A stretch of 64,000 nt of DNA from an uncultured Acidobacteriota bacterium. GTDB lineage: Bacteria; Acidobacteriota; Thermoanaerobaculia; Multivoradales; DATKCC01. Within the stretch, counting starts at the first letter, position 1; each line of letters begins with the position of its first letter. The notes beneath the pieces were generated by a model, which worked only from the letters and a program-made list of their open reading frames with translations, ran no database searches and had not been told where the DNA came from. Below are positions 43,139 to 53,200 of this stretch, in pieces. The stretch covers positions 79,281 through 143,280 of the forward strand of contig CAVUJU010000003.1 of the NCBI GenBank assembly GCA_963741925.1, in the 5' to 3' direction. Made by a program: the position numbers and the translations under genes.

Positions 43139-44478
43139 GCGAGGCGCAGGGCGGTCGCGGGGAGACCCGGTCGGAGCCGCCGCGATCCGAGGGGCGGCCG
43201 CTCCTGGTCCGGGGCGGCCGGGTGCTCGACCCGAGCCAGGGCCTCGACGAAGGGGTGGACCTGCTGCTCGCCGAGGGCGTCGTCGCCCGCCTGGGCGAAG
43301 GGCTCCGGGCGCCCAGGGGCGCCGAGGTCCTGGACGCCTCGGGGCTGGTCGTCACCCCCGGGCTGATCGACGTCCACGTCCACCTGCGCGAGCCGGGCCA
43401 GGAGCACAAGGAGACGGTGCGCACCGGCACCATGGCCGCCGCCGCCGGGGGCTTCACCGCCGTCGCCTGCATGGCGAACACCGTGCCGGTCAACGACAAC
43501 GCCTCGGTGACCGAGCTGATCCTCTCCCAGGCCCGGCGCGCCGGCTACGCCCGGGTCTACCCGGTGGGGGCGGTGAGCAAGGGCCTGCGCGGCGAGGAGC
43601 TCGCCGAGATGGGGGAGATGGTCGCCGCCGGGGCGGTGGCGGTGTCGGACGACGGCCTGCCCGTCGCCCATCCCGAGCTCATGCGCCGGGCGCTCCTCTA
43701 CGCCCGCCACTTCGGCGTGCCGGTGATCCAGCACGCCGAGGACCTGCGGCTCACCGGCGACGGCGTGATGCACGAGGGCGAGTGGTCGACCCGCCTGGGC
43801 CTCGCCGGGATCGCCGGCGCTGCCGAGGACATCCTGGTGGCCCGCGACCTCCTGCTCCTCGAGGACGTCGGCGGGCGCTACCACGTGCAGCACCTCTCGA
43901 CCGCCCGCAGCCTCGAGCTCGTCCGCCGGGCCAAGGAGAAGGGCCTGCCGGTGACCTGCGAGGCGACGCCCCACCACCTGCTCCTGACCGACCGGGGGGT
44001 CGCCGACTCGGAGTACTCGACCGACTTCAAGATGAAGCCGCCGCTCCGGAGCGAGGCGGACCGCCAGGCCCTCCTCGCCGGCCTCGCCGACGGCACGATC
44101 GACTGCATCGCCTCGGACCACGCGCCCCATCACCCGGACGAGAAGGACGTGGAGTTCAGCACCGCGCCCTTCGGCATCCTGGGGCTCGAGACGACCCTGT
44201 CGCTCTGCCTCGACCGGCTGGTCGGTGCCGGCGTGATCGACCTCGCCCGCCTGGTCGAGCTCCTGTCGACCGCGCCGGCCCGGGTGATGGGGATCCCTGG
44301 CGGCTCGCTCGCCCCCGGCAGCCCCGCGGACGTCACCCTGATCGACCTGGACGCCCAGGTCACCGTCGACCGGCGCACCTTCCGCAGCAAGTCGCGCAAC
44401 ACCCCGTTCGACGGCTGGACCCTCCGCGGCCGCCCGGCCGGCACCCTCGTCGGCGGCCGGAGGATCGCGCTGCCCTGA
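43135..44478 (+). CDS. pyrC: Dihydroorotase
   Basis: ORF 43135..44478 (GTGA overlap with pyrB). [26 protein letters not shown]. Confidence 0.92.
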
Positions 44479-44637
44479 GGGCCCGCGCAGGAATAACTCC
44501 CGCATTCGGGCGTAATTCCATCAACCCTCGCGGCGTTGCGCTCCCTGCGGCATAGGCCCCGCTATGCCTCAGTCGCGCGCCTTGCGAGGATTGCGCCCTT
44601 ACGCCCTCGGTGCTGGGAGTTATTCCTGCGCGGGCCC
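44479..44637. repeat. Rod-like palindromic element (23-bp perfect arms, 113-nt spacer), same architecture as 9511..9671
   Basis: GGGCCCGCGCAGGAATAACTCCC (44479-44501) is the exact reverse complement of 44615-44637. Inner pairs include GGGCGTAA/TTACGCCC, and there is an apical hairpin GGCATAG-GCCCCG-CTATGCC at the centre. It starts 1 nt after the pyrC stop. Confidence 0.8.
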
Positions 44638-44750
44638 TGACGCCCGCTCCGACCCGGCCGCTCGCGCGCGCCGGGTGGTAAGCTGTTGCGGACAGGGAGC
44701 CGCCTCCGGGAGCGCTCGCCGCCGCCCGGCGAAGGCCCCCGCCGACCGCG

Positions 44751-45605
44751 ATGCCGTCCCCGCCGCCACTCCTCGAAACGGCCACCGAGGCCGCCCGCGC
44801 GGGCGGGGCGATCCTGCGTCGCCTGTTCGGCAGCTCGGCCCTCGACGTGCGGCGCAAGGGGGCGAACGACTTCGTGACCCGGGCCGACCGGGAGAGCGAG
44901 GAGGCGGTCGTCGCCGCCCTCCGGGGACGCTTCCCCGACCACCGGATCCTCACTGAAGAGGCGGGGGTGCTCGACGGTGGCGACGAGCACGAGTGGGTGG
45001 TCGACCCCCTCGACGGCACCACCAACTTCCTCCAGGGCCTGCCGGTCTTCTGCGTCTCGGTGGCCTGCCGGCGGCGGGGCGAGCTCCTCGCCGGCGCGGT
45101 CTACGAGCCCTTGGCCGACCGGATGTTCGCCGCCCTCCGCGGCGCCGGCGCCACCCTCGACGGCCGGCCGATCCGGGTCTCGGAGCGCTCCGGCCTGGCC
45201 GACGCCTTCCTCGCCACCGGCTATCCGTTCCGGGCCCACGCCGCCCTCGACCTCTACCTCGCCGCCTTCCGGGAGATCTTCATGGAGGTGCGGGCGATCC
45301 GCCGCTGCGGCGCCGCGGCCCTCGACCTGGCCCACACCGCGGCCGGCGTCTACGACGGCTTCTTCGAGTTCCGGCTCTCGCCGTGGGACCTCGCCGCCGG
45401 GGTGCTCCTGGTGCGCGAGGCCGGCGGCCTGGTGAGCGACCTCGACGGCGGCGAGCGCTTCCTCGAGAGCGGCAACGTGGTGGCCGGCGGCCCGGGTCTC
45501 CAGCCCGAGCTGCGCCGGGCCGTCGCGCGGCACGCCGGCGAGTCGGTGCTGGCGGCGCTCGCCGCGGACCTCGAACCCGACGGTGCCCCGGTGGGCGCCG
45601 GCTGA
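44751..45605 (+). CDS. Inositol monophosphatase family protein (SuhB-like)
   Basis: ORF 44751..45605. FVTRADRESEE, WVVDPLDGTTNF, LSPWDLAAG. Confidence 0.88.
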   Translation: MPSPPPLLETATEAARAGGAILRRLFGSSALDVRRKGANDFVTRADRESEEAVVAALRGRFPDHRILTEEAGVLDGGDEHEWVVDPLDGTTNFLQGLPVFCVSVACRRRGELLAGAVYEPLADRMFAALRGAGATLDGRPIRVSERSGLADAFLATGYPFRAHAALDLYLAAFREIFMEVRAIRRCGAAALDLAHTAAGVYDGFFEFRLSPWDLAAGVLLVREAGGLVSDLDGGERFLESGNVVAGGPGLQPELRRAVARHAGESVLAALAADLEPDGAPVGAG

Positions 45606-45617
45606 CGGGAGGCCTCG

Positions 45618-46736
45618 GTGCGGTCTCGACAGGCGCGAGAGGAGGAGTGGAGCGGCGGCGGCGGCGAGCCTCCGGCGGCGGGGGCCCGCCCGGGGCCGGG
45701 CAACCGGGCCCTGCTCGAGTTCCAGGTCCACCCGCAGGACATCCGCAAGCGGGTCCGCTACCTCTTCCTGTCGCGGCGCGAGGTCGCCGCGTGGGTGGCC
45801 ACGGCGGTGGCCTTCGTGGCGCTGGTCACGGGCGCCGTCGTGCTCACCCCGCGGGTAGCGGCCGGCCTCTGGCGCGGCCGCGAGTACCACGCGCTGCTGG
45901 CCGAGCGCAAGCACCAGGAGGAGCGCCTGGCGTCCCTCGTCCAGGGCCTCGAGAGGGTACGCAGCGAGGGCCGCGACCTGCGCCGGGTGATCGACAAGAT
46001 CTTCCTGCTCTACGGGCTCTCGAGCGAGGTGACCGGCGGCCAGGGCGGCTACCCCTTCGTGGGCGACGCCAAAGGGCTGACGGCCGAGAACGATCCCCTG
46101 GCCTACGGCAACCGCCTGGAGGCTTCGATCGCCGAGCAGCTCTCGGTGGCCGGCATCTTCCTCCACGAGATCCAGGCCTTCGAGAGCGCCCGCCAGGACC
46201 AGGTGCGCGAGACGCCCTCGAGCTCGCCTCTGCGCGGCGGCGACTTCGTCCTCACCAGCCCCTTCGGCGACCGCCGCAACCCGTTCACCCAGCGCCACGA
46301 CTTCCACGCCGGCCTCGACCTGGCGGCGCCCACCGGCACGCCGATCCACGCGCCGGCCGACGGCGTGGTGCTCTTCGCCGGTCGCTACTCGCTGCAGAAG
46401 AGCGTCGGGTGGTGGCGCTACGGCAACCTGGTGATCCTCGGCCACGGCGACCACTTCCGGACCCTCTACGGCCACTGCTCGAAGGTGCTGGTCCAGCGCG
46501 GGCAGCACGTCTCCCAGGGCGACGTGATCGCCCAGGTCGGCTCGACCGGCATGTCGACCAGCCCCCACCTGCACTACGAGGTGCGCCGCGACGACGCCGG
46601 CCTGTTCCGGCCGGTCGACCCGCGCATCTACATCCTCGACCACCACTGGCGCAACGAGGAGCAGCTCCTGGTGAGGAGCCGCACCGCGCCGCCGGCGACC
46701 GATTTCCAGCCCCTGCCGCCGCTCGCCGGGCGGTAG
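45618..46736 (+). CDS. M23 family metallopeptidase (LytM/EnvC-like) with N-terminal TM and coiled coil
   Basis: ORF 45618..46736. HAGLDLAAPTGTPIHAPADG and GSTGMSTSPHLHYEV (the HxxxD and HxH zinc motifs). Confidence 0.88.
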   Translation: MRSRQAREEEWSGGGGEPPAAGARPGPGNRALLEFQVHPQDIRKRVRYLFLSRREVAAWVATAVAFVALVTGAVVLTPRVAAGLWRGREYHALLAERKHQEERLASLVQGLERVRSEGRDLRRVIDKIFLLYGLSSEVTGGQGGYPFVGDAKGLTAENDPLAYGNRLEASIAEQLSVAGIFLHEIQAFESARQDQVRETPSSSPLRGGDFVLTSPFGDRRNPFTQRHDFHAGLDLAAPTGTPIHAPADGVVLFAGRYSLQKSVGWWRYGNLVILGHGDHFRTLYGHCSKVLVQRGQHVSQGDVIAQVGSTGMSTSPHLHYEVRRDDAGLFRPVDPRIYILDHHWRNEEQLLVRSRTAPPATDFQPLPPLAGR

Positions 46737-46755
46737 CCGGAAGGTCCACCAGCCC

Positions 46756-47577
46756 ATGGCGAAGCTCGAGAGCGCGGCCAGCGCCACCATGATCATCCCG
46801 CGCGGGACCGAGATCGACGTCGACGCCCACGGCCAGCTCTCGATCCGTACCCCGGGCAACCTGGTGCTCCAGAACTCGGGCAGCTTCGGCACCCTGGAGT
46901 CGGTCCACGGCTCGATCCGCATCGAGCGCGGCGTCGAGATCGAGGCGGCCACCGTGCGCTGCGCCGACGCCTGCTACGTCCAGGGCACCCTCACCGCCTG
47001 GAAGGTCGTCGCCCGCACCCTCCACCTCGAGGACACGGCCGAGGCCCACATCGTGCTCCAGGAGACCGAGGCCCTGGACGTGGGCCGGGGCGCCCGCCTG
47101 GTGGGCAACTTCCACTCCGAGGACGAGCTCTTCCTCCTCTTCTCGCGCTTCGCCGACCAGGTGCGGAGCCTCCCGATCTACTCGAGCCGGCGGCGGGCGC
47201 CGCAGCCGGCCGCGATGGGCGGCGACGCCGAGATGGTGCGGGCGCTGGCCGAAGGCGCGACGCCAGGGGGTGCAGAAGAGGAGGGCGCACCGCCCGCCGG
47301 ACCCGCCGGGACGGAGGGACTGCCCGAGGCGCTCTCCTTCGCCCACGCCCTCCTCGAGCGGGAGGTCGGCAACGCCGAGCTCGGACGGACCTCCCAGCGC
47401 GTTCTCCGAGAGCTCGTCAAGCTCCTCGACGAGGGCGACGTCGAGACTCTGCGCCACGTCCACCGCACCCTCTTCGGACGCATCTCCGATCCCAGCGACA
47501 ACGTGCGCAAGGCCGAGTGGCTGGTCCAGGACCACTTCGCCAGCGAAGCCAGCGAGCCCTCCGAACGCCCCTCCTGA
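46756..47577 (+). CDS. Hypothetical protein with bactofilin-like beta-helical N-terminal half
   Basis: ORF 46756..47577. It shows a repetitive G-x-hydrophobic pattern (GQLSIRTPGNLVLQNSGSFGTLESVHGSIRIERGVEIEAATVRCADACYVQGTLTA...). The C-terminal half is acidic and helical. The family call is by pattern only. Confidence 0.45.
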   Translation: MAKLESAASATMIIPRGTEIDVDAHGQLSIRTPGNLVLQNSGSFGTLESVHGSIRIERGVEIEAATVRCADACYVQGTLTAWKVVARTLHLEDTAEAHIVLQETEALDVGRGARLVGNFHSEDELFLLFSRFADQVRSLPIYSSRRRAPQPAAMGGDAEMVRALAEGATPGGAEEEGAPPAGPAGTEGLPEALSFAHALLEREVGNAELGRTSQRVLRELVKLLDEGDVETLRHVHRTLFGRISDPSDNVRKAEWLVQDHFASEASEPSERPS

Positions 47578-47640
47578 GCCCGCCGCCGGAAACGAAACCA
47601 GGGCGGCCCCGCGCAGGGTCGCCCTGGAGTCCTGCACCGT

Positions 47641-47666
47641 GGCCGGGGCCCCGCAGGGCCCCGGCC
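47641..47666. terminator. 11-bp GC stem hairpin between convergent genes (no T tract)
   Basis: GGCCGGGGCCC-CGCA-GGGCCCCGGCC. Confidence 0.35.
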
Positions 47667-47675
47667 GTCCGCGCC

Positions 47676-49844
47676 TCAGTGGGAGTCGTCGTAAGCCCGC
47701 CAGGCGCTGTCGCGCAGGCGGTTGCGCTGGGCGTCGGTGATCAGGCCCGCGTCCTTGTAGGTGTTGAGGGCCTGCATGACGCACGCGGTGTACTGGCCGA
47801 AGCTCGTCCAGCTCCCGTCGAAGCTGCAGGGGATGTGGGGAAGCGTCACGGTCTCGCCCGCCCCGAGGTCGTAGAGCCGGTTGCGGACGCCGCCCGGCCA
47901 CAGCACGTCGACGGTGGCCGAGTCGGCCGAGCCCAGGCCGAAGGCTCTGGCGAGCGCATTCTCGGAGGCGTAGCTCGATCCGCCCAGGACCTGGTAGGCC
48001 GCGGTCGGCCCGCCGGCCGGGGTGATCGAGACCGACGAACCGATGCCGTCGCGGTTCACCGTGCCGCCCGGCAGGATGCCGGCGCTGCCCAGGAGCTTCA
48101 CCTTGCCCCAGTGGTTGCCGTTGTCGGCGCTGTTGAGCTCCACCGCCAGGGTGCCGTCGGGCAGGTCGGGCAGCGGATCGACCGGCACCACGAAGCCCGG
48201 CAGGACGCGGCTGGTGAGGATGTTCTGGAACCTCGCGACGCTGTCGAACGGCGAGCCGACCGGGCCGCCGGCCAGCAGGAAGGCGGGCAGGTAGGCGGCG
48301 GTCGGAACGATGTCGAAGCTCGACACCGAGACGATGTCGTCGAAGCCGTCGCCGTTCAGGTCGCCGGTCGCCACGCCCTGGACGTTGCGCAGGCGATGGT
48401 CCTCGAGCAGGGCGCCACCGTCATAGGCGAAGTCGCCGGAGCAGGCCCCCTTGTTCTGGAGCAGCACGCCCGGGTTGTCCGCCAGGATAAGGTTGGTGAT
48501 GTCGTTGCCGCCGTGGAAGATGATGTCGGCGTCGCCGTCGTTGTCGTAGTCCAAGGTCGAGGTACCCCAGCCGAACGGCGTGCGCTGGAGGTCGCCCACG
48601 CTGCTGGTGAAGGTGCCGTCCGGGTTCTGGAGGAACCACCGGGAGGTGAGCAAGGGACCGCCGACGTAGCTGCCCAGGTTGGTGGCGAAGAAGTCCATCC
48701 GGCCGTCACAGTTGAAATCGGCGACCGAGAGGCCCATCCACCCGCCGAGGTCCGCCGGGTCGCCGGTGTCGAGGCCGGTGGCCGCGGTGACCTCGTTGAA
48801 GTTCCCGGAGCCGTCGTTGTGGTAGAGGCGCAGCAGGCCGGCGGGGACGGTGGCCCCGCCCTGGTTGTCGGCCGCCTGGACGTCGATGTTGCCGTCCTCG
48901 TTGTAGTCCCACATGGCGATCGCCCAGGTGAAGGCGCCGGTGCTCAGGCCCGTGTCGGTCAGGTGGGAGGCGCCCGCGATCCCGGAGGCGTCGCTGTCGT
49001 CGACGAAGTGGTTGCCCCCGGTGTTGACCAGCAGGGTGTTCGGCTCGTTGAGAGGGTAGACGGGGCCATCCTGGCCGCCGAAGGTCGGGATGCGCTGCTC
49101 CCAGCCGTTCTGGGCCGGGCTGTCCGGATCGCCGTCGAAGGAGCACGGGTAGTGCTCGCCGGTGATCGGGTTGACCGGGTTGCCGCAGCCCTCGTACGTG
49201 TTGGCGATGACCACGTCCAGGAGGCCGTCGTCGTTGACGTCGCCGAAGCTGCACCCGGCGCTGTGCCGGTTCCCGCCGCCGGCGTTGGCCGGGCCGGTGA
49301 TGTCGGTGAAGGTGCCGTCGCCGTTGTTCTCGAACAGGTGGTGGGGCTCGCCGACGCCGAGCACGTAGAGGTCCTCGTCGCCGTCGTTGTCGATGTCGCC
49401 GAAGCAGACGCCGGAGGAGTCCTGGTCTGTGGCGGTGACGCCGGCCGCGGCGGCCACGTCGACGAAGGAGACCGAGCCGGTCTCGACGAGCTGGTTCGAG
49501 TACAGGCTGTTGGCCGTGCCGGGACCGTTGGTGACGTAGATGTCCAGGTCGCCGTCGTTGTCGTAGTCGAAGATCGCGACGCCCGGTGCTCCCCGCCCCT
49601 TCTGGTCGCTGTTCGGCCGGGTGACCGCCAGGAACAGGTTGAGGTCGATCGGGGTGGCGTTGATGATGTCGTCGCGGAGATGGCCTTGCGGCGACGGGGT
49701 CCGGTGGTAGGTGATCCCCGCTCCGCCGCCGGCGGCGATGTCGGAGAAGGTGACGCCACCGTCGGCGAACGCGGGGCTCCACGCGATCAACGCGGTCAGC
49801 GCCGCGCAACAGGCCGTGTGGAGGGCAAACACAGGTCGTCTCAT
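47676..49844 (-). CDS. Secreted CRTAC1-family protein (FG-GAP/VCBS repeats + ASPIC/UnbV C-terminal domain)
   Basis: ORF 47676..49859. Repeated DxDxDGxxD loops (FDYDNDGDLDIYV, GDIDNDGDEDLYV, GDVNDDGLLDVVI, DYDNDGDADIIF, GDLNGDGFDDIV). UnbV-like region NRDGIGSSVSI...GGSSYASENA. The start is taken at the second ATG (49844), which is preceded by GGAGGA. Confidence 0.85.
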   Translation of the reverse strand: MRRPVFALHTACCAALTALIAWSPAFADGGVTFSDIAAGGGAGITYHRTPSPQGHLRDDIINATPIDLNLFLAVTRPNSDQKGRGAPGVAIFDYDNDGDLDIYVTNGPGTANSLYSNQLVETGSVSFVDVAAAAGVTATDQDSSGVCFGDIDNDGDEDLYVLGVGEPHHLFENNGDGTFTDITGPANAGGGNRHSAGCSFGDVNDDGLLDVVIANTYEGCGNPVNPITGEHYPCSFDGDPDSPAQNGWEQRIPTFGGQDGPVYPLNEPNTLLVNTGGNHFVDDSDASGIAGASHLTDTGLSTGAFTWAIAMWDYNEDGNIDVQAADNQGGATVPAGLLRLYHNDGSGNFNEVTAATGLDTGDPADLGGWMGLSVADFNCDGRMDFFATNLGSYVGGPLLTSRWFLQNPDGTFTSSVGDLQRTPFGWGTSTLDYDNDGDADIIFHGGNDITNLILADNPGVLLQNKGACSGDFAYDGGALLEDHRLRNVQGVATGDLNGDGFDDIVSVSSFDIVPTAAYLPAFLLAGGPVGSPFDSVARFQNILTSRVLPGFVVPVDPLPDLPDGTLAVELNSADNGNHWGKVKLLGSAGILPGGTVNRDGIGSSVSITPAGGPTAAYQVLGGSSYASENALARAFGLGSADSATVDVLWPGGVRNRLYDLGAGETVTLPHIPCSFDGSWTSFGQYTACVMQALNTYKDAGLITDAQRNRLRDSAWRAYDDSH

Positions 49845-50230
49845 TCTGGCTTCCTCCAAACCATGTATTCATTCAATGCGTATAACTCGGGGCGGGGCCT
49901 GGGGCCCGGCCCCGGGCGACAGCTCGTATTCCCCCCTGTAGTGCAGCGTTCCTGCACCACCGGGACGAGGTGTGCCCAGGATCCCGCTCTCGCTGTCCCG
50001 CTTCAGCACGCCGGCGCACTGTAGAAATAGCTCCGCCGCCGCGGCGGTCTGCTCCCCGTACTCTCCGAGCCGTCTCCTCTCGCTCCGCCGCCAGCGGGGT
50101 CAGGCGGCGCCCTTGGGCGGCGGCGGGCTCCGGCGAGACGGGCGCGCAGGAACCCGACGGGAGACATGGTGCTTCGCGATCTGCGCAAATCCCTCCGGCG
50201 ACTCGGCAAGGACCCCGGCGTGAGGGGCTC

Positions 50231-53200
50231 GTGAAGGCCGGCAACCTGTCACGGGAGGAGTTGAGTCGCCTCGTCCGGCGGCTGGGCCAGGCCAGGGCGA
50301 AGGGGCGGGTCGAGACCGAGGCACCTGCGTCACGCGGCGAGGCCCGGCGGGGCGGGTCCCTGTCCTCGGCTCAGAAGCGGCTCTGGTTCCTCGACCGGCT
50401 CACTCCCGGCACGGCGGCGTACAACGTGCCTCTGGCGCTCCGGCTCCGGGGGAGGCTCGACGTCCGGGCCCTCGCCATCGGCCTGCGCGAGATCGTGCGC
50501 CGTCACGAGCCCCTCCGGAGCCGCGTCTCGGTGGTGGCGGGAGAGCTGGTGCCGGCGGCCCGGGGCGACGGCGCCGCGGCGCTGCCGGCGGTCGACCTCT
50601 CCGCCCTCCCGCGGGCGCGAGCCGAGGCGGAGGCCAGGGCGCTCGCCGCGGCGGGGGCCCGGCGGCCGTTCGACCTGGCCCGCGGTCCGCTCCTGCGCCG
50701 GGTCTCGATCCGGATCGCCCCGGAGGACCACCTCCTCCTCGTCGTGTTCCACCACATCGTGGTCGACGGCTGGTCGGTCGGGGTCTTCGTCGCAGAGCTC
50801 GCTTCGCTCTACACCTCCGCCTCTCGGGGGATGCGGCCGGCGCTGCCCGCGCTTCAGGCCTCCTACGCCGACTTCGTCGCCTGGGAGTCCGAGCGACTCG
50901 CCGGCCCGGGCCTGGCGCAGGATCTCGGCTACTGGCGCCGGCGGCTGGCCGGAGCGCCTCCCGTCTTGGTGCTGCCGGCCGACCGCCCGGCGCCGCCCGG
51001 GCGGCGAGACCGGCCCGGTGCCCACCTCTTCTTCGCCTGGCCTCCGGAGCTCGTGCGCTCTCTGTGCGCCCTCTCGCGCGAGCGCGGCACGACGCTCTTC
51101 GCCGTTCTGCTCGCGGCCTTCCACGCCCTGCTCGCCCGCCACTCCGGAAGCGACTCGCCGGTGGTGGGCACGCCGGTCGCCAATCGGCCGCGCCGTGAGC
51201 TCGAGGCCCTGATCGGATTGTTCGTGAACCACCTGCCTCTGCGCGGCGACCTCTCGGGCGATCCCTCGTTCTCCGAGCTCGTCGGGCGCGCCGCCGAGGG
51301 CTTTCTCGAGGCCCAGGCCCACGCGGTGCCGTACCAGCGGCTGGTCGAGGAGCTCCGGCCGCGGCGAGACCTCGACCATCCTCCGATCTTCCAGGTCCTG
51401 TTCGGGCTCCAGGACACCCCGCTCGGCGGCGGCGGCCTGCCCGGCCTCGAGACCGGGCTGATGGTGGTCGAGAGCGGGAGCGCCAAGCTCGATCTGGGCC
51501 TCGTTCTGGTCGAGCGGGAGGGTGGGCTGGAGGGGGACCTCGAGTACGACCGGGACCTCTTCGACCCGACCACGGCCCGCCGGTTGGCCGGCCACCTGCG
51601 GAACCTCCTCGCGGCGGCGGTGGCCGCGCCGGAGACGCCGGTGTCCCGCCTGCCCCTGCTCGCGGCCGGGGAGCGCCGGCAGCTTCTCGGCGAGTGGAAC
51701 GACACGGCGGCGGGGGATCCGGGCCGGCTCGCGGTCGAGGAGCTGTTCGCGGCGCAGGCGGCGAGGACGCCCGAGGCGGTGGCGGTGACGGCGGGAGGCT
51801 CGGCGCTCAGCTACCGGGAGCTCGAGCGCCGGGCGGCGGCGCTCGCCGGGTGCCTGCGGGCCGCCGGGGTCGGCCCGGAGACGCGGGTGGGCCTGTGCGT
51901 CGAGCGCTCGCTCGCCCTGCCGGTGGCGATGCTCGCGATCCTCGAGGCGGGCGGCGCTTACGTGCCGCTGGACCCGGGCTATCCCGCCGAGCGCCTGGGC
52001 TTCATGCTGGAGGACGCGGGCGTTTCGCTGCTGGTGGGGCCGGAGGAGCTGCTGGCGGCGCTGCCGGCCGGGGACCTGCCGGCGGTGCGGCTCGCCGCGG
52101 CCGGCCGCCGTCCGGCAGGCGGGGGGGCGGCGGCCGTGGCGCGGGCCGCTCGCGCGCCGGGGGGCGGCGAGCGCCTCGCCTACGTCATGTACACGTCGGG
52201 CTCGACGGGCCGGCCGAACGGGGTGGCGGTGGCGCACCGGGGGATCGTGCGCCTGGTGCGCGAGACCGGCTACGCGGAGCTCGGCCCCGGGGAGACCTTC
52301 CTCCAGCTCGCGCCGATCTCGTTCGACGCGGCGACGCTGGAGGTGTGGGGGCCGCTGCTGAACGGCGGGCGCCTGGCGCTGTGTCCGCCGGGGGTGCCGT
52401 CGGTCGCCGAGCTCGGGCGGACGCTGGCGGCGGAGCGGGTGACGGCGCTCCGGTTGACGGCGGGTCGGTTCCACCAGGTGGTCGAGGACGACCTGCCGGC
52501 GCTGGCCGGGCTGCGCCAGATCCTGGCCGGCGGCGACGTGCTGGCGCCGGGGGCGGTCGAGCGGGTGCTCCGGGAGGTGCCGGGGTGCCGGGTGACGAAC
52601 GGCTACGGGCCGACGGAGAACACGACCTTCACCACGACCCACGGCATGGCCGCGGAGGATGGGCGGGGGCGTTTCTTTCCCCCCGCGAGGGTTGGAAGGG
52701 GATCGAGAGGACGGGGGGCGGTCCGATCGATCCCCATCGGGCGGCCGATCGCGAACACCCGGGTGCACGTGCTCGACCGCGGCCTCGAGCCGGCGCCGAT
52801 CGGCGTGGCGGGGGAGCTGTGGGCGGCGGGGGCGGGGCTCGCGCGGGGGTACTGGGGGCGGCCGCGGCTCACCGCCGAGCGCTTCGCGCCGGACCCGTGG
52901 GGGGAGCGGCCGGGCGTGCGGCGGTACCGGACCGGCGACCGGGTCCGCCGGGTGGGGAGCGGCGAGCTCGAGTTCCTGGGACGGATCGATCAGCAGGTCA
53001 AGATCCGGGGCTTCCGGATCGAGCCCGGGGAGGTCGAGGCGAGCCTGGCCGGGGAGGCGCGGGTGGCGGCGGCGGTGGTGGTGGCGCGCAAGGACGCCCC
53101 GGGCGGGGGCCGGCTGGACGCCTACGTGGTGGCCGCCGCGGGCGCGGCCGCCGAGGGCCTCGGCGCAAAGCTCCGGGCGGAGCTGGCGCGCCGGCTTCCC

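Noticed and set aside
50166-50234. 22-codon upstream ORF (MVLRDLRKSLRRLGKDPGVRGS) overlapping the proposed NRPS GTG start by TGA/GTG.
   Set aside because: It is too short and basic to judge and has no SD or conservation evidence. It is mentioned only because the overlap geometry resembles coupling. It is not an MbtH-like protein.
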